Positions 28,970-37,663 are shown, counted from the first letter of the stretch. The stretch is DNA of 45,196 nucleotides from a virus (IMGVR_UViG_3300025018_000029:1-45196); one strand, 5' to 3'. The notes: generated from the sequence alone by a model not told the origin. Numbers and translations are program-made.

Positions 28970-29494
28970 ATGACCACCACCACCACAACCGAGACCATCG
29001 AGCAACGTGCAATGAGACTTTGGGACAGAGAAGGCGGCGCCTGCGTGTCGCATCTGGTCAACACCTTGGCGCAAGGCTTGGGAAGCGACGAGGCGGGCAC
29101 ACCTCTGGCCGACCTTGTATATCAGGCCTATGAGCTGGCCTGCCCGATTGACGACTGGGAGGAGGCCGCAACGCAAGAGGGCTGGCAGGAAGTCTCGGCG
29201 GATCAATTTGAGCTTCAGCCTGATGACGAGGAAGAGCCTTTGGTTGCTACCTCATGGGAGAACGCTTGCACCATATCCGACATCGAGCCCTATCAGCGCG
29301 AAGTTTTCGAGCATTGGGTGGTCTCCGACTGGCTGGCCGACAAGCTCGAAGCCAGAGGCGAGAAGGTGGACAAGGACTTTACCGGCCTCACGGTCTGGGC
29401 GCGGACCACATGCGGTCAACTCATTGCCTCCGATAGCGTCATGGAAGCCATTGCGGCCGACTTGCTGGCTGAAGCTGCAAAGTGGGAGGCTTGA
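28970..29494 (+). CDS. Acidic early protein (gp0.3-like position)
   Basis: RBS AAAGGA; Asp/Glu-rich; EVFEHWVVSDWLADKL..VWARTTCGQ segment. Confidence 0.8.
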   Translation: MTTTTTTETIEQRAMRLWDREGGACVSHLVNTLAQGLGSDEAGTPLADLVYQAYELACPIDDWEEAATQEGWQEVSADQFELQPDDEEEPLVATSWENACTISDIEPYQREVFEHWVVSDWLADKLEARGEKVDKDFTGLTVWARTTCGQLIASDSVMEAIAADLLAEAAKWEA

Positions 29495-29497
29495 GCC

Positions 29498-29713
29498 ATG
29501 ACCATGCACACGGAACTTTATTGCGACAAGCTGGACGAGCTGGTCCCCACCAAGGCCATCCGGGCGATACACCAAGCGCACATCCAGCTCGCAGCAATGG
29601 CGCGACTTGCAGCGGCGGAAGGCTTCGACAACAAGCCGGCGCTCCAGGCTCTAGCGGAATGCCTACGCGATGCCGGCCACATTGGGTTCGACACGAAGGG
29701 CGCCAGATCGTGA
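29498..29713 (+). CDS. Early hypothetical protein
   Basis: RBS GGAGG; contiguous with upstream gene. Confidence 0.65.
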   Translation: MTMHTELYCDKLDELVPTKAIRAIHQAHIQLAAMARLAAAEGFDNKPALQALAECLRDAGHIGFDTKGARS

Positions 29714-29850
29714 GCACCCTCCCCATCTCGCTGGAGCAATACTTCATGCTGTCCATCACGATCATCGCCCTTGTGGCGCTGGTGGCTGACCACATCTGGC
29801 CAACTCAAAGGGGACCAATTCAGCCACTTGACACAGTGAGAAGGCGATGA
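29710..29850 (+). CDS. Putative small membrane protein
   Basis: GTGA coupling; one hydrophobic helix. Confidence 0.4.
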   Translation: MSTLPISLEQYFMLSITIIALVALVADHIWPTQRGPIQPLDTVRRR

Positions 29851-29903
29851 GAGTGCTAAAGCCACCGGACGACGCACAAATTGCGCAATCCACAATGCCG
29901 CCA

Positions 29904-29932
29904 CTTGACACACTAACCCAGGGGCTCTATAT
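29904..29932 (+). promoter_or_regulatory. Host sigma70 promoter
   Basis: Exact CTTGAC-N17-CTATAT (rhizobial sigma70 consensus); the -35 box lies within the motif copy at 29900. Confidence 0.75.
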
Positions 29933-30042
29933 GCCAAAGTACGAAGAGGCTGCACTTGCGGCCGAGGCATTTGGAAACTTTCGACTCGCTGCGCTCAATT
30001 GGGGGCTTGCAGCAACCACCGCAAACTTCGAGGCCAAGAACA

Positions 30043-30363
30043 ATGCAAGCAATCCTATACCCAGAGGTGAGGTACTTCGAGCCCAAGGCGGGTTCGTGGC
30101 TGGAGCAGTTCATCGCTGAGTCCCACGTTCGCACCGCCTTCGTGAGCGCCGATGGACACCCCGAACAGATCATTGGGACCATCCAGCGTCAGGGCACGAA
30201 GTACCACAGCAGGCTTTTCCGGAAGCCGATCAAGGCCAACTCCACGGCCAGGACGGTTCCGGCAATCATCGGGGATCAGCTCCACGGCTCCATGAGTTCG
30301 GCGGTCTGGGACCTCAGAAGAAGACACACGATGCACATCGAAACGGAGGGGGAAACACAGTAG
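30043..30363 (+). CDS. Early hypothetical protein
   Basis: GAGG upstream of ATG; 106 aa. Confidence 0.55.
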   Translation: MQAILYPEVRYFEPKAGSWLEQFIAESHVRTAFVSADGHPEQIIGTIQRQGTKYHSRLFRKPIKANSTARTVPAIIGDQLHGSMSSAVWDLRRRHTMHIETEGETQ

Positions 30364-30462
30364 GTCACCGAGTTAACATTTAGTAAATTCAACCACTTTG
30401 TATTCTAACCTCCGTGTGGCACGATAATGTGAACACCGAGGCTCACCAAAGGAAAAGACACC

Positions 30463-30951
30463 ATGTCGAACACGAACAACGGCCTCACCATCCCCGTCCA
30501 CAAGTCCGACGAAGAGGGCATTCTGCTTATCGACGCCATGACGGGCCAGATTACCACCCCATCCGTCGAGCGTCCTACCTGGGCGGAAGGGCTTGCCGTC
30601 GCCATGCTGGCCGAACGCACGGGCCACTATGAGCAGCGCCTCGGTGCCCAGATGGCCGCGGGCCTGCGTGTACCGGAAGCCTTCAACTATGCGGACCTCT
30701 CGTGGATCGGCGTGGACGAAGAGGGCGATGAAGTGGAGGTTGAGGCTTCCCACGAGTATCGCACCGAGCAGGTCGCCAAGATGCTGGGCATCGACACCAC
30801 CGAGGCCGGCTGGGACAAGGAGCTTCCTGGCTCTGTGGCAACCGCCGAGGTCGCCTTCACCTACTCGACGCATCCCGTGAGCGAGCAGAGCTTGGCGGAC
30901 GCCGAGGGTGTGACCTTCGCGGACGCCGACAAGAAGGCCAACCAGGGCTAG
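30463..30951 (+). CDS. Acidic early hypothetical protein
   Basis: RBS AAAGGA; typical codon bias. Confidence 0.8.
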   Translation: MSNTNNGLTIPVHKSDEEGILLIDAMTGQITTPSVERPTWAEGLAVAMLAERTGHYEQRLGAQMAAGLRVPEAFNYADLSWIGVDEEGDEVEVEASHEYRTEQVAKMLGIDTTEAGWDKELPGSVATAEVAFTYSTHPVSEQSLADAEGVTFADADKKANQG

Positions 30952-30994
30952 ACGACCTAGCGCTTGACGCTGGGAAATAATTCCTACACAACGA

Positions 30995-31009
30995 GAACGG
31001 AGGGGGAAC
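30995..31009 (+). promoter_or_regulatory. Putative alphaproteobacterial LexA (SOS) box
   Basis: GAAC-GGAGGGG-GAAC = GAAC-N7-GAAC, downstream of TTGACG (30964). Confidence 0.5.
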
Positions 31010-31045
31010 AAACCTCCCTCCCTTCGACAACGCCGGGGGAGCGCT

Positions 31046-31261
31046 ATGAGTAGGACGGGCAGCATGTTCAAGAATATTTATCTCGAAAGATGGGACCACA
31101 CGGCACACTGTCTTGACATGACACAGTGGCAAATGGGATATGAGCGCAGCGAGCAGGGGGACCACAAGGTCTGGTTCGGGCCGTTCTTCCTGTCTATCCA
31201 TCGAGCAGAAAAGAAGAACAGAACCCATGAACCAGATGAGCGCTCACCGCCAACTACGTAA
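31046..31261 (+). CDS. Hypothetical protein (71 aa)
   Basis: RBS GGGGAG; lies between the LexA-like box and the regulator; contains motif copies, so could be partly non-coding. Confidence 0.4.
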   Translation: MSRTGSMFKNIYLERWDHTAHCLDMTQWQMGYERSEQGDHKVWFGPFFLSIHRAEKKNRTHEPDERSPPTT

Positions 31262-31619
31262 AGTGTTTGAAGTCAATCGCATATTCATCACGTTACAGCA
31301 CGAGATTAACGCCCCTCTGATGAATACATTCCTCGGAGTGTGCCTATGGGGTGAGGATCACAAGGGCGAGACGGAAATATCCATCTCCGAGCTATCACAA
31401 CATGTTGGGCTGGCAGAGACCACCGTGTCCCGCCATCTCCGCTACTTGGGGACACAACGTCGAGTTGGCGTTGAAGGTATGGGTCTCGTGGACACCCGCG
31501 TCCATCCCATCGACCGCCGCCGCAAGATCGTCTTCCTGACACGTCCGGGCCGCAACCTCCGCGACCAACTTAACTTCACCGTAGGGGATACCAATGTCGA
31601 TCCGACCGCGAGGACCTAG
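31227..31619 (+). CDS. MarR-like winged-helix regulator (candidate repressor)
   Basis: ISISELSQHVGLAETTVSRHL HTH and HPIDRRRKIVFLT..G wing; directly upstream of the integrase. Confidence 0.85.
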   Translation: MNQMSAHRQLRKVFEVNRIFITLQHEINAPLMNTFLGVCLWGEDHKGETEISISELSQHVGLAETTVSRHLRYLGTQRRVGVEGMGLVDTRVHPIDRRRKIVFLTRPGRNLRDQLNFTVGDTNVDPTART

Positions 31620-32781
31620 CTGGCAGATTGAAGTCTACTACTCCAAGGCCCTGCCAGGCTTCCAGCGCGTTCGACAGACATTCAAGGGCACCAAGGCTGC
31701 CGCCGAGTCCCGCGAAGCAGAGATACTCCAGGCCCTTGAGGTCTACGGCAAGTACCCGATCCAGAAGGGAGACGCCAAGGTTGCGGACACCAAGCGCGGG
31801 ACCCTGCGCATCGCCGCCAAGCTGGCATGGGAGACGCACTACAAGGAGCTGGCCCATGGGGACAAGGCCTATGCCAGCGTCATGGTGGACATCGAGTTCC
31901 TTGAGCAGCGCGGCCGGTACAGCTTTGAAGATGTGTCATCTGAGGACATTGACGCCCTCATCAAGTGGCACCAGACGGTGCGGGGCAACACGAACAACAC
32001 CATCAACCACCACATCTCATACCTCTCCACCGTCAACACCGTTGCCCTTGAGCGCGACCCTCCGCTGACCAAGAAGCAACTGGCCCTCAAGCGCCTCCCC
32101 GTGAAGGTGCAGGAGAAGTGGTGGCTTACACCGGAGGACCTAGAGCGCTGCACCAGGTGGCTCGAAGGCCGGCAAGACCCACTGTTCGCTGACGTGATCC
32201 GCATGGTTGCCTTCCAAGGGTTCCGCGTCGAGGAAGCGCTCCGCCTTGAGCCGCGCCACTTCACGGGCCTCGATACGGAGGAGCCTTGGGTTCGCGTAAC
32301 GGGCACCAAGACACAGGGATCACAGGGCACCATCGCGGTGTTTGACGCGGCGCTGCCGACTGTGAGGCGGTCCATCGAGCGGGCCAAGAGCCACAACTGG
32401 ACGCACCTCTTCCCGTACACCGAGAAGCAGGCCCGCGAACGGTGGAACGAAGTGCGGGAGTTCCTCGGGGTCTCACACATCAAGACCGCCACCTTGCGGG
32501 CACTGCGCCGGACGTTCGCCCACTATGCCAACCTTGCGGGAATGCCCACGCGGACCCTCCAGAAGACGCTGCGGCACAGCTCCATCTCCACCACCGAGGG
32601 ATACCTCACGTTGACGGGTGCGGATGAGGTTGGACAGGCTCGGAGGTACATGAGGGTGGACGTGAAGGAGGCCGCCATCGTGGCCCCAGCGAACGACCTG
32701 ACGGATGTGCTTGCTGCCTACCGTGCGGCCGGCGCCACACCCAAAGAGATTGCGGAACTCATCAAGGAGATGCGGGCATGA
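31594..32781 (+). CDS. int: Tyrosine integrase
   Basis: GFRVEEAL (Arg), GTKT (Lys), LRALRRTF (RxxR in place of HxxR), LRHSS, EGYL (Tyr); N-terminal arm-binding-like segment. Confidence 0.92.
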   Translation: MSIRPRGPSWQIEVYYSKALPGFQRVRQTFKGTKAAAESREAEILQALEVYGKYPIQKGDAKVADTKRGTLRIAAKLAWETHYKELAHGDKAYASVMVDIEFLEQRGRYSFEDVSSEDIDALIKWHQTVRGNTNNTINHHISYLSTVNTVALERDPPLTKKQLALKRLPVKVQEKWWLTPEDLERCTRWLEGRQDPLFADVIRMVAFQGFRVEEALRLEPRHFTGLDTEEPWVRVTGTKTQGSQGTIAVFDAALPTVRRSIERAKSHNWTHLFPYTEKQARERWNEVREFLGVSHIKTATLRALRRTFAHYANLAGMPTRTLQKTLRHSSISTTEGYLTLTGADEVGQARRYMRVDVKEAAIVAPANDLTDVLAAYRAAGATPKEIAELIKEMRA

Positions 32782-32850
32782 GGTACGTGTTCCCCAATGA
32801 CCCATTCCTCGTGGCCTTAGAGGACGAGCTTGCAGTGGCTTACAAGGAGA

Positions 32851-32934
32851 TGGTGCCCTCCTCCGGACTCGAACCGGAACACCTCTCGATAACTGATTTT
32901 GAGTCAGTCGCGTCTACCATTCCGCCAGGAGGGC
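32851..32934 (-). tRNA. tRNA-Leu(CAA), full length with CCA; probable attP
   Basis: Acceptor GCCCTCC/GGAGGGC-A-CCA, D arm GCGGAATGGTAGACGC, anticodon arm ACTGA-CTCAAAA-TCAGT, long variable arm, T arm TCCGG-TTCGAGT-CCGGA. Confidence 0.93.
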
Positions 32935-32991
32935 TCGGCGGCAGGGACTACCAGAAGCCCCGGCCCAAGGCAATCAAGAAGTAGAACGTGG

Positions 32992-33000
32992 TGGTATAGT
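32992..33000 (+). promoter_or_regulatory. Putative extended -10 host promoter for the RNAP operon
   Basis: TG-G-TATAGT; overlapped by an inverted motif copy (32998-33010). Confidence 0.45.
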
Positions 33001-33122
33001 GCCATGTGGTGCTAAATTACCCAAGCAATAACAAAGCCTTACCACATAAAGGAGGAGCTTCAAAATCTTGGGAACATACTGCCACTTAGTTGCAGGTTCC
33101 GGGATTTGCTCAAGCGCACCAG

Positions 33123-33371
33123 ATGCTTACCATCCCCATCATCGTTGCCATTCCGTTAGCTGTGTGGGGCATATTGGCCCTTGTGGTGCGCCTGCTCCCA
33201 CCACCCGCAACACACCTCCCTCAGTCCAGCGATAGCCCCAGCCGGCAGCTCGACCTCATGGGCGTCACCCGTGTCCGTACCGAGCGGGCGCGTGATGGGT
33301 CTCGGCTCCGCATGGAGACCTTCAAGTGCCCTCGCAGTGGGGCAACCTACCTTCGCACCACTAGGAGCTGA
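33123..33371 (+). CDS. Membrane-anchored hypothetical protein
   Basis: N-terminal TM helix; ends at the RNAP RBS. Confidence 0.55.
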   Translation: MLTIPIIVAIPLAVWGILALVVRLLPPPATHLPQSSDSPSRQLDLMGVTRVRTERARDGSRLRMETFKCPRSGATYLRTTRS

Positions 33372-33372
33372 T

Positions 33373-35886
33373 ATGAACTTCCACACCCCCAAGCTCATTC
33401 CGGAAGCTCCGCACCTTGAAGACCGATGGGAGGACCAGGTTGCCCTTGAGCAGGAGATGCTGGCCACCGGGCGGACCCGTATGCAGGACCGCATCAACCG
33501 GGCGCGGGACAAGAAGGACATGACCCGTATGCGGCCCTACCGCTCCCTCATCAAGGAGTTCGTGGAGCCCGTGGCGGAGAACCTCAGGGTGTGGGTCGAG
33601 ACCTCCGGAAAGAGGAGAGGCCCCAAGCCAATCGCCCTGCCCCTGCTCGCCACCATGGAGCCCGAAGCCTGCGCCCTTATCGCCCTCCGCACCATCTTCC
33701 GGATGCTTGGGGTAGAGCGCCGCATGTTGAACGGCATGGCCATGGAGATTGGCACATGGATCGAGCACGAGGTCCGCTCTCAGGAGTGGATTAAGGCTGA
33801 CCCCGATATGTGGGCCAAGATGGAATACATCTATGGGCAGCGCGGCTCCAATGCGGCACACATCAAGCGGTCCCGCGTGTCCATCTTCAACAAGCACATT
33901 GCCGAGAAGATTGGGTACCAGGCCTGGGCCGATGAGCAGCGCCGACGCGTGGGTCTCCAGATGATCGACTGCGTGGTCCAAGGCACAGGGCGCTTCAAGG
34001 TTGTCCTCGACAGGTCCTCCGCCACCAAGAAGGCCAAGACCCGCAAGGCCACGAGCTGGCCCCAGGTCCTTGAGGCTGACCCCGAGCTGCTCGACTGGCT
34101 GGCCTCTGCGATGGACGATGAGCTGGTCTTCTGGCCCGTCTACATGCCCACCATCATCAAGCCCCGCCCGTGGGAAGGCCCCAAGGATGGAGGCTACTGG
34201 ACACCGTTCATCCGGTCCCCCTTCCTCGTCCGCTTCCGGGCCTCCCACGAGGAGCAGCGCCAGAGGGCCATTGACGAGTACATGTCGCTCGACATGCCGC
34301 TGGTCTACGAGTCCATCAACTTCGTGCAGGACACGGGGTGGCGCATCAACAAGCGGGTGCTCGAAGTCGCCCAGTATGTCCGCGAGAAGGGTCTGCCCCT
34401 CGGCAAGATACCCGTCAACCAGAAGCAGGACCTCCGCGCCCGCCCCGAGACGGAGGACAAGGAAATCATGGACCAGTGGCGGGAGGAGGCGTCCATCACC
34501 AACACCTACAACGCCAAGCTGGTGGCTCGGGTGCTGACCGTCAAGCGTACCCTCGACCACGCCGAGAGGATGTCCTGCGAGCCCGCCTTCTGGTTCCCCC
34601 ACATGCTCGACTTCCGGAGCCGCATGTATCCCATTCCGTCTGACCTCTCGCCTCAGGGCAATGACCTGCACCACGGGCTCTTGGAGTTCTCGGAAGGCAA
34701 GGCCTTGGGGGAGCACGGCTCTACGTGGCTGGCCATCCACCTCGCCAACCAGTTCGGCATGGAGAAGAAGAGTTTTCAGGAACGCATCGACTGGGTGACC
34801 GCGAACCACGCCATGTGGCTGGCCATTGAGGCGGACCCCATTGCCGACAGGAGGTGGGCCGAGGCCGATGGTGGGGAGAACGCTTGGCAGGCCCTCGCAG
34901 CCGCCATTGAGTACGCCAACTACCTCAAGCACGGCACCGAGTACGTGAGCTTCATGCCGGTGCGTGTGGACGGCACCTGCAATGGCATCCAGCACCTCTC
35001 CGCCATGGTTAGGGATCGGGTAGGCGGCGCAAGCGTGAACCTGCTGCCGGCCGAAAGCCCCACCGACATCTACTCAGACGTGGCCGAGGAACTGCTTGAG
35101 ATGCTGAAGGCGAGGAAGGGGGACAACTACGCCGACATGTGGCTGGGACTCTTCGGGGACAAGGTACCAAGAGCCGTGGCCAAGCGCCCCGTGATGATCC
35201 TGCCATACGGCGGTACCATCCGGAGCTACCTGGAGTACACCGAGGAGTGGCTGGACGAGGCTGACCCGCTCCACTCCGCCATCCCCAAGGAGCACAGACC
35301 CAAGGCCATCGGCTACCTGTCCAAGCTCCTGTGGCAGGCGGTCAACGCCAAGCTCACCAAGGCGCGTGAGGTGATGGACTGGCTCCAGAAGTGCTCCAAG
35401 CGGGCGTCCAGTACCGGCAGGCCTCTCTATTGGGTCACACCAGCCGGCTTCGTAGTGCGGCACTTCTATGGCGCCAGAGAGAAGAAGCAGATCGAGACGA
35501 AGATCGACGGACAGAAGCTCCAGATCGTTAACTGGGAGCAGACCGCAGTGTTGGACAAGCAGGCACAGGCAAAGGGGATCGCACCGAACTTCGTACACTC
35601 TATGGACGCCTCTGCACTGATGTCCTGCACCATCCTCGCCAAGAGAGCCGGCATCACCTCCATGACCACCATCCACGACAGCTATGGGACCCACGCCGCC
35701 GACATGTGGACGCTCTTCGAGTGCATCCGCGAAGCCTTCGTCCAGACCTACGAGACGCCAGTACTGGAGGACTTCCTACGGGCCTGTCAGGAAGTAGCCC
35801 CCGAGGTCGAGGACTGGCCTGAGATGCCCACCTTCGGTGACCTGGACCTGTACAAAGTCTACGAGGCCGACTACTTCTTCGCATGA
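33373..35886 (+). CDS. Single-subunit DNA-directed RNA polymerase (T7 gp1-like)
   Basis: DFRSRMYP, VDGTCNGIQH, RAVAKRPVMILPYG, APNFVHSMDA, IHDSYG; ATG after AGGAG. Confidence 0.98.
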   Translation: MNFHTPKLIPEAPHLEDRWEDQVALEQEMLATGRTRMQDRINRARDKKDMTRMRPYRSLIKEFVEPVAENLRVWVETSGKRRGPKPIALPLLATMEPEACALIALRTIFRMLGVERRMLNGMAMEIGTWIEHEVRSQEWIKADPDMWAKMEYIYGQRGSNAAHIKRSRVSIFNKHIAEKIGYQAWADEQRRRVGLQMIDCVVQGTGRFKVVLDRSSATKKAKTRKATSWPQVLEADPELLDWLASAMDDELVFWPVYMPTIIKPRPWEGPKDGGYWTPFIRSPFLVRFRASHEEQRQRAIDEYMSLDMPLVYESINFVQDTGWRINKRVLEVAQYVREKGLPLGKIPVNQKQDLRARPETEDKEIMDQWREEASITNTYNAKLVARVLTVKRTLDHAERMSCEPAFWFPHMLDFRSRMYPIPSDLSPQGNDLHHGLLEFSEGKALGEHGSTWLAIHLANQFGMEKKSFQERIDWVTANHAMWLAIEADPIADRRWAEADGGENAWQALAAAIEYANYLKHGTEYVSFMPVRVDGTCNGIQHLSAMVRDRVGGASVNLLPAESPTDIYSDVAEELLEMLKARKGDNYADMWLGLFGDKVPRAVAKRPVMILPYGGTIRSYLEYTEEWLDEADPLHSAIPKEHRPKAIGYLSKLLWQAVNAKLTKAREVMDWLQKCSKRASSTGRPLYWVTPAGFVVRHFYGAREKKQIETKIDGQKLQIVNWEQTAVLDKQAQAKGIAPNFVHSMDASALMSCTILAKRAGITSMTTIHDSYGTHAADMWTLFECIREAFVQTYETPVLEDFLRACQEVAPEVEDWPEMPTFGDLDLYKVYEADYFFA

Positions 35887-35904
35887 TCCTGCCACATGGC
35901 ACAC

Positions 35905-35925
35905 TAATTACCCTTCCATATGAAA
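35905..35925 (+). promoter_or_regulatory. Putative phage RNAP promoter (phi1.1 position)
   Basis: TAATTACCCTTCCATAT then GAAA, matching the 27.1/27.2 kb copies; right after the RNAP stop. Confidence 0.65.
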
Positions 35926-35939
35926 TACAGGTACGCTCC

Positions 35940-36248
35940 ATGGCCAACACACTCTCAACCCGCATCGACCACGACTTCCTCAATCTCCTCCCCCGCGACC
36001 AGATCGCCCGTGACACGTCGAACCTTCTGGATGCCCTGAAGAATGAGCGTGGAGAACGCCTCGTTGCTGCTTGTGCCGTGGCCTTTGCCATCGTGATCGA
36101 GCGCTACAGCGGCTCCCCCGAGGGGCTCTATGAGTATGGCAAAAGGGTCCTCCGCGCAGAGCAGGAGTTCCACAAGAAGGGCAACGATGAGTTGGAAGCC
36201 CTCCGAGACTTCGCCTCCCTCCGCATCCACCAAAATCCTGCCATCTGA
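35940..36248 (+). CDS. Hypothetical protein
   Basis: First ORF after the putative promoter; helical, 102 aa. Confidence 0.7.
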   Translation: MANTLSTRIDHDFLNLLPRDQIARDTSNLLDALKNERGERLVAACAVAFAIVIERYSGSPEGLYEYGKRVLRAEQEFHKKGNDELEALRDFASLRIHQNPAI

Positions 36249-36283
36249 CACACTAATCCCAGCAACACCGAAAGGTTCCCATC

Positions 36284-36895
36284 ATGGCAACTGCCTTCCA
36301 CGTCTCCGCAATTGGCGAGTTCCTCCATCCGTGGGTCAACAAGCCCGACACCAAGTTCAACGCCGAGGGTCTCTTCACGGTGACCCTGATCCTCGAAGGC
36401 AAGGACGCTGAGTCCCTCAAGGCCAAGATCGACGGCGCGGTACTCCAGGCCCACAACGAGCATGTCGATGACATGAAGCCGGCCATTGCGAAACAGTGGG
36501 AGCAGTACAAGCCGTACCGCCCTGAGCTGGACGATGATGGCGAGCCCACCGGCCGCACCCTGTTCGACTTCAAGCAGAACGCCAAGATCAAGCTCAAGGA
36601 TGGCACCACCAAGGACATCCAGATCGAAATCCGCGATGCCGCCGACAAGGTGATCCGCAAGGCGGTCTACTCGGGGTCTGAAGGCCGCGTCCTGTTCTCC
36701 ATGCGCTCCATCGTGATGACCAGCTCCAAGCAGGTCGGCGTCCGGCTCGACTTCGCCAAGGTCCAGGTCACCAAGCTGGTGCAGGGTGGCGGTGGACGTG
36801 GCTTCGGTGCGGTCGATGGTGGCTACGTGGCGGACGGCGAAGAGCAGTCCTTCGGTGAGGCTCCGGGCGGCGACGATGAGGGTGGGGACTACTAG
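36284..36895 (+). CDS. ssDNA-binding protein (gp2.5-like)
   Basis: PWVNKPDTKFN, VYSGSEG, VQVTKLV, acidic tail ending in an aromatic residue (DDEGGDY). Confidence 0.93.
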   Translation: MATAFHVSAIGEFLHPWVNKPDTKFNAEGLFTVTLILEGKDAESLKAKIDGAVLQAHNEHVDDMKPAIAKQWEQYKPYRPELDDDGEPTGRTLFDFKQNAKIKLKDGTTKDIQIEIRDAADKVIRKAVYSGSEGRVLFSMRSIVMTSSKQVGVRLDFAKVQVTKLVQGGGGRGFGAVDGGYVADGEEQSFGEAPGGDDEGGDY

Positions 36896-36896
36896 G

Positions 36897-37007
36897 ATGG
36901 AGGCCATCGGTAATGCAACCGCATGGTTCCTATACGCGGCGTGGTGCTTCTGCGCTGGATACGGTTTCGGCTCCATAATGTTCAGCATCTTTGGAGGACT
37001 CCTGTGA
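36897..37007 (+). CDS. 36-aa membrane peptide
   Basis: Hydrophobic; coupled to the next ORF. Confidence 0.5.
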   Translation: MEAIGNATAWFLYAAWCFCAGYGFGSIMFSIFGGLL

Positions 37008-37165
37008 GATACCTCAAGCTCTCCGTTGCAGTCCTCGCCGGCCTCTCCCTCGCCGTTGTGTGTGGCCTCGTGGTCAACACCGTGTCGGGCAATGAGATGG
37101 CCTCCAATGTGGCTGCCGCTGCTGCCGCTGGTCTCGCTCTGTATTCCATCCGGGCCGACATCTAG
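37004..37165 (+). CDS. Small 2-TM membrane protein
   Basis: RBS GGAGG before GTG. Confidence 0.6.
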   Translation: MRYLKLSVAVLAGLSLAVVCGLVVNTVSGNEMASNVAAAAAAGLALYSIRADI

Positions 37166-37168
37166 GCC

Positions 37169-37663
37169 ATGGGGGTCTCAACCAAGAAGTGGACGGCGGG
37201 GGCTCCCAACAAGGGCCGCCGCTATCCCGTCCGTGCGGCCGCTCCCGAAGACATCGGGCTACGCCACGGCTTCCGCTCAGGCCTTGAGGAAACCAACGCC
37301 CGCGTCCTTGAGGGGATGGGGGAGAAGGTCCGCTTCGAGGAGCTGAAGATACCCTACACGGTGCCGGAGACCAACCGCACCTACACGCCGGACTTCGTGC
37401 TGACCAACGGCATCGTCATCGAGACCAAGGGCAAGCTGGAGCCCAAGGACCGCGCCAAGCACCTGTTCATTAAGCTCCAGCACCCAGACCTCGACGTTCG
37501 GTTCGTCTTTCAGCGGGCCCACGACAAGATCAACAAGGGCAGCAAGACGACCTACGCCATGTGGGCCGAGAAGTACGGCTTCAAGTGGGCCTCACGGGTG
37601 ATCCCCGAGGAGTGGGTCCGTGAAGCTGGACCGCTGCGCAAACCAGAGGAAGTTCTCAAATGA
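37169..37663 (+). CDS. Endonuclease I / Holliday junction resolvase (gp3-like)
   Basis: FRSGLE, YTPDFVLTNGIVIETKG, QHPDLDVRFVF, KTTYAMWAEKYGF. Confidence 0.97.
   Translation: MGVSTKKWTAGAPNKGRRYPVRAAAPEDIGLRHGFRSGLEETNARVLEGMGEKVRFEELKIPYTVPETNRTYTPDFVLTNGIVIETKGKLEPKDRAKHLFIKLQHPDLDVRFVFQRAHDKINKGSKTTYAMWAEKYGFKWASRVIPEEWVREAGPLRKPEEVLK

Noticed and set aside
30361-30400. Xer dif site
   Set aside because: Only a partial XerD-like half is present, with no XerC arm at 6-bp spacing
32490-32520. Integrase inactivated because HxxR reads RxxR
   Set aside because: This His is variable among tyrosine recombinases; the other catalytic residues and the reading frame are intact
33361-34995. Long minus-strand ORFs (544 aa here; also 3063-4241, 8822-9799 and others)
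   Set aside because: Antisense shadows of clear plus-strand genes, expected with high GC3; no recognisable motifs
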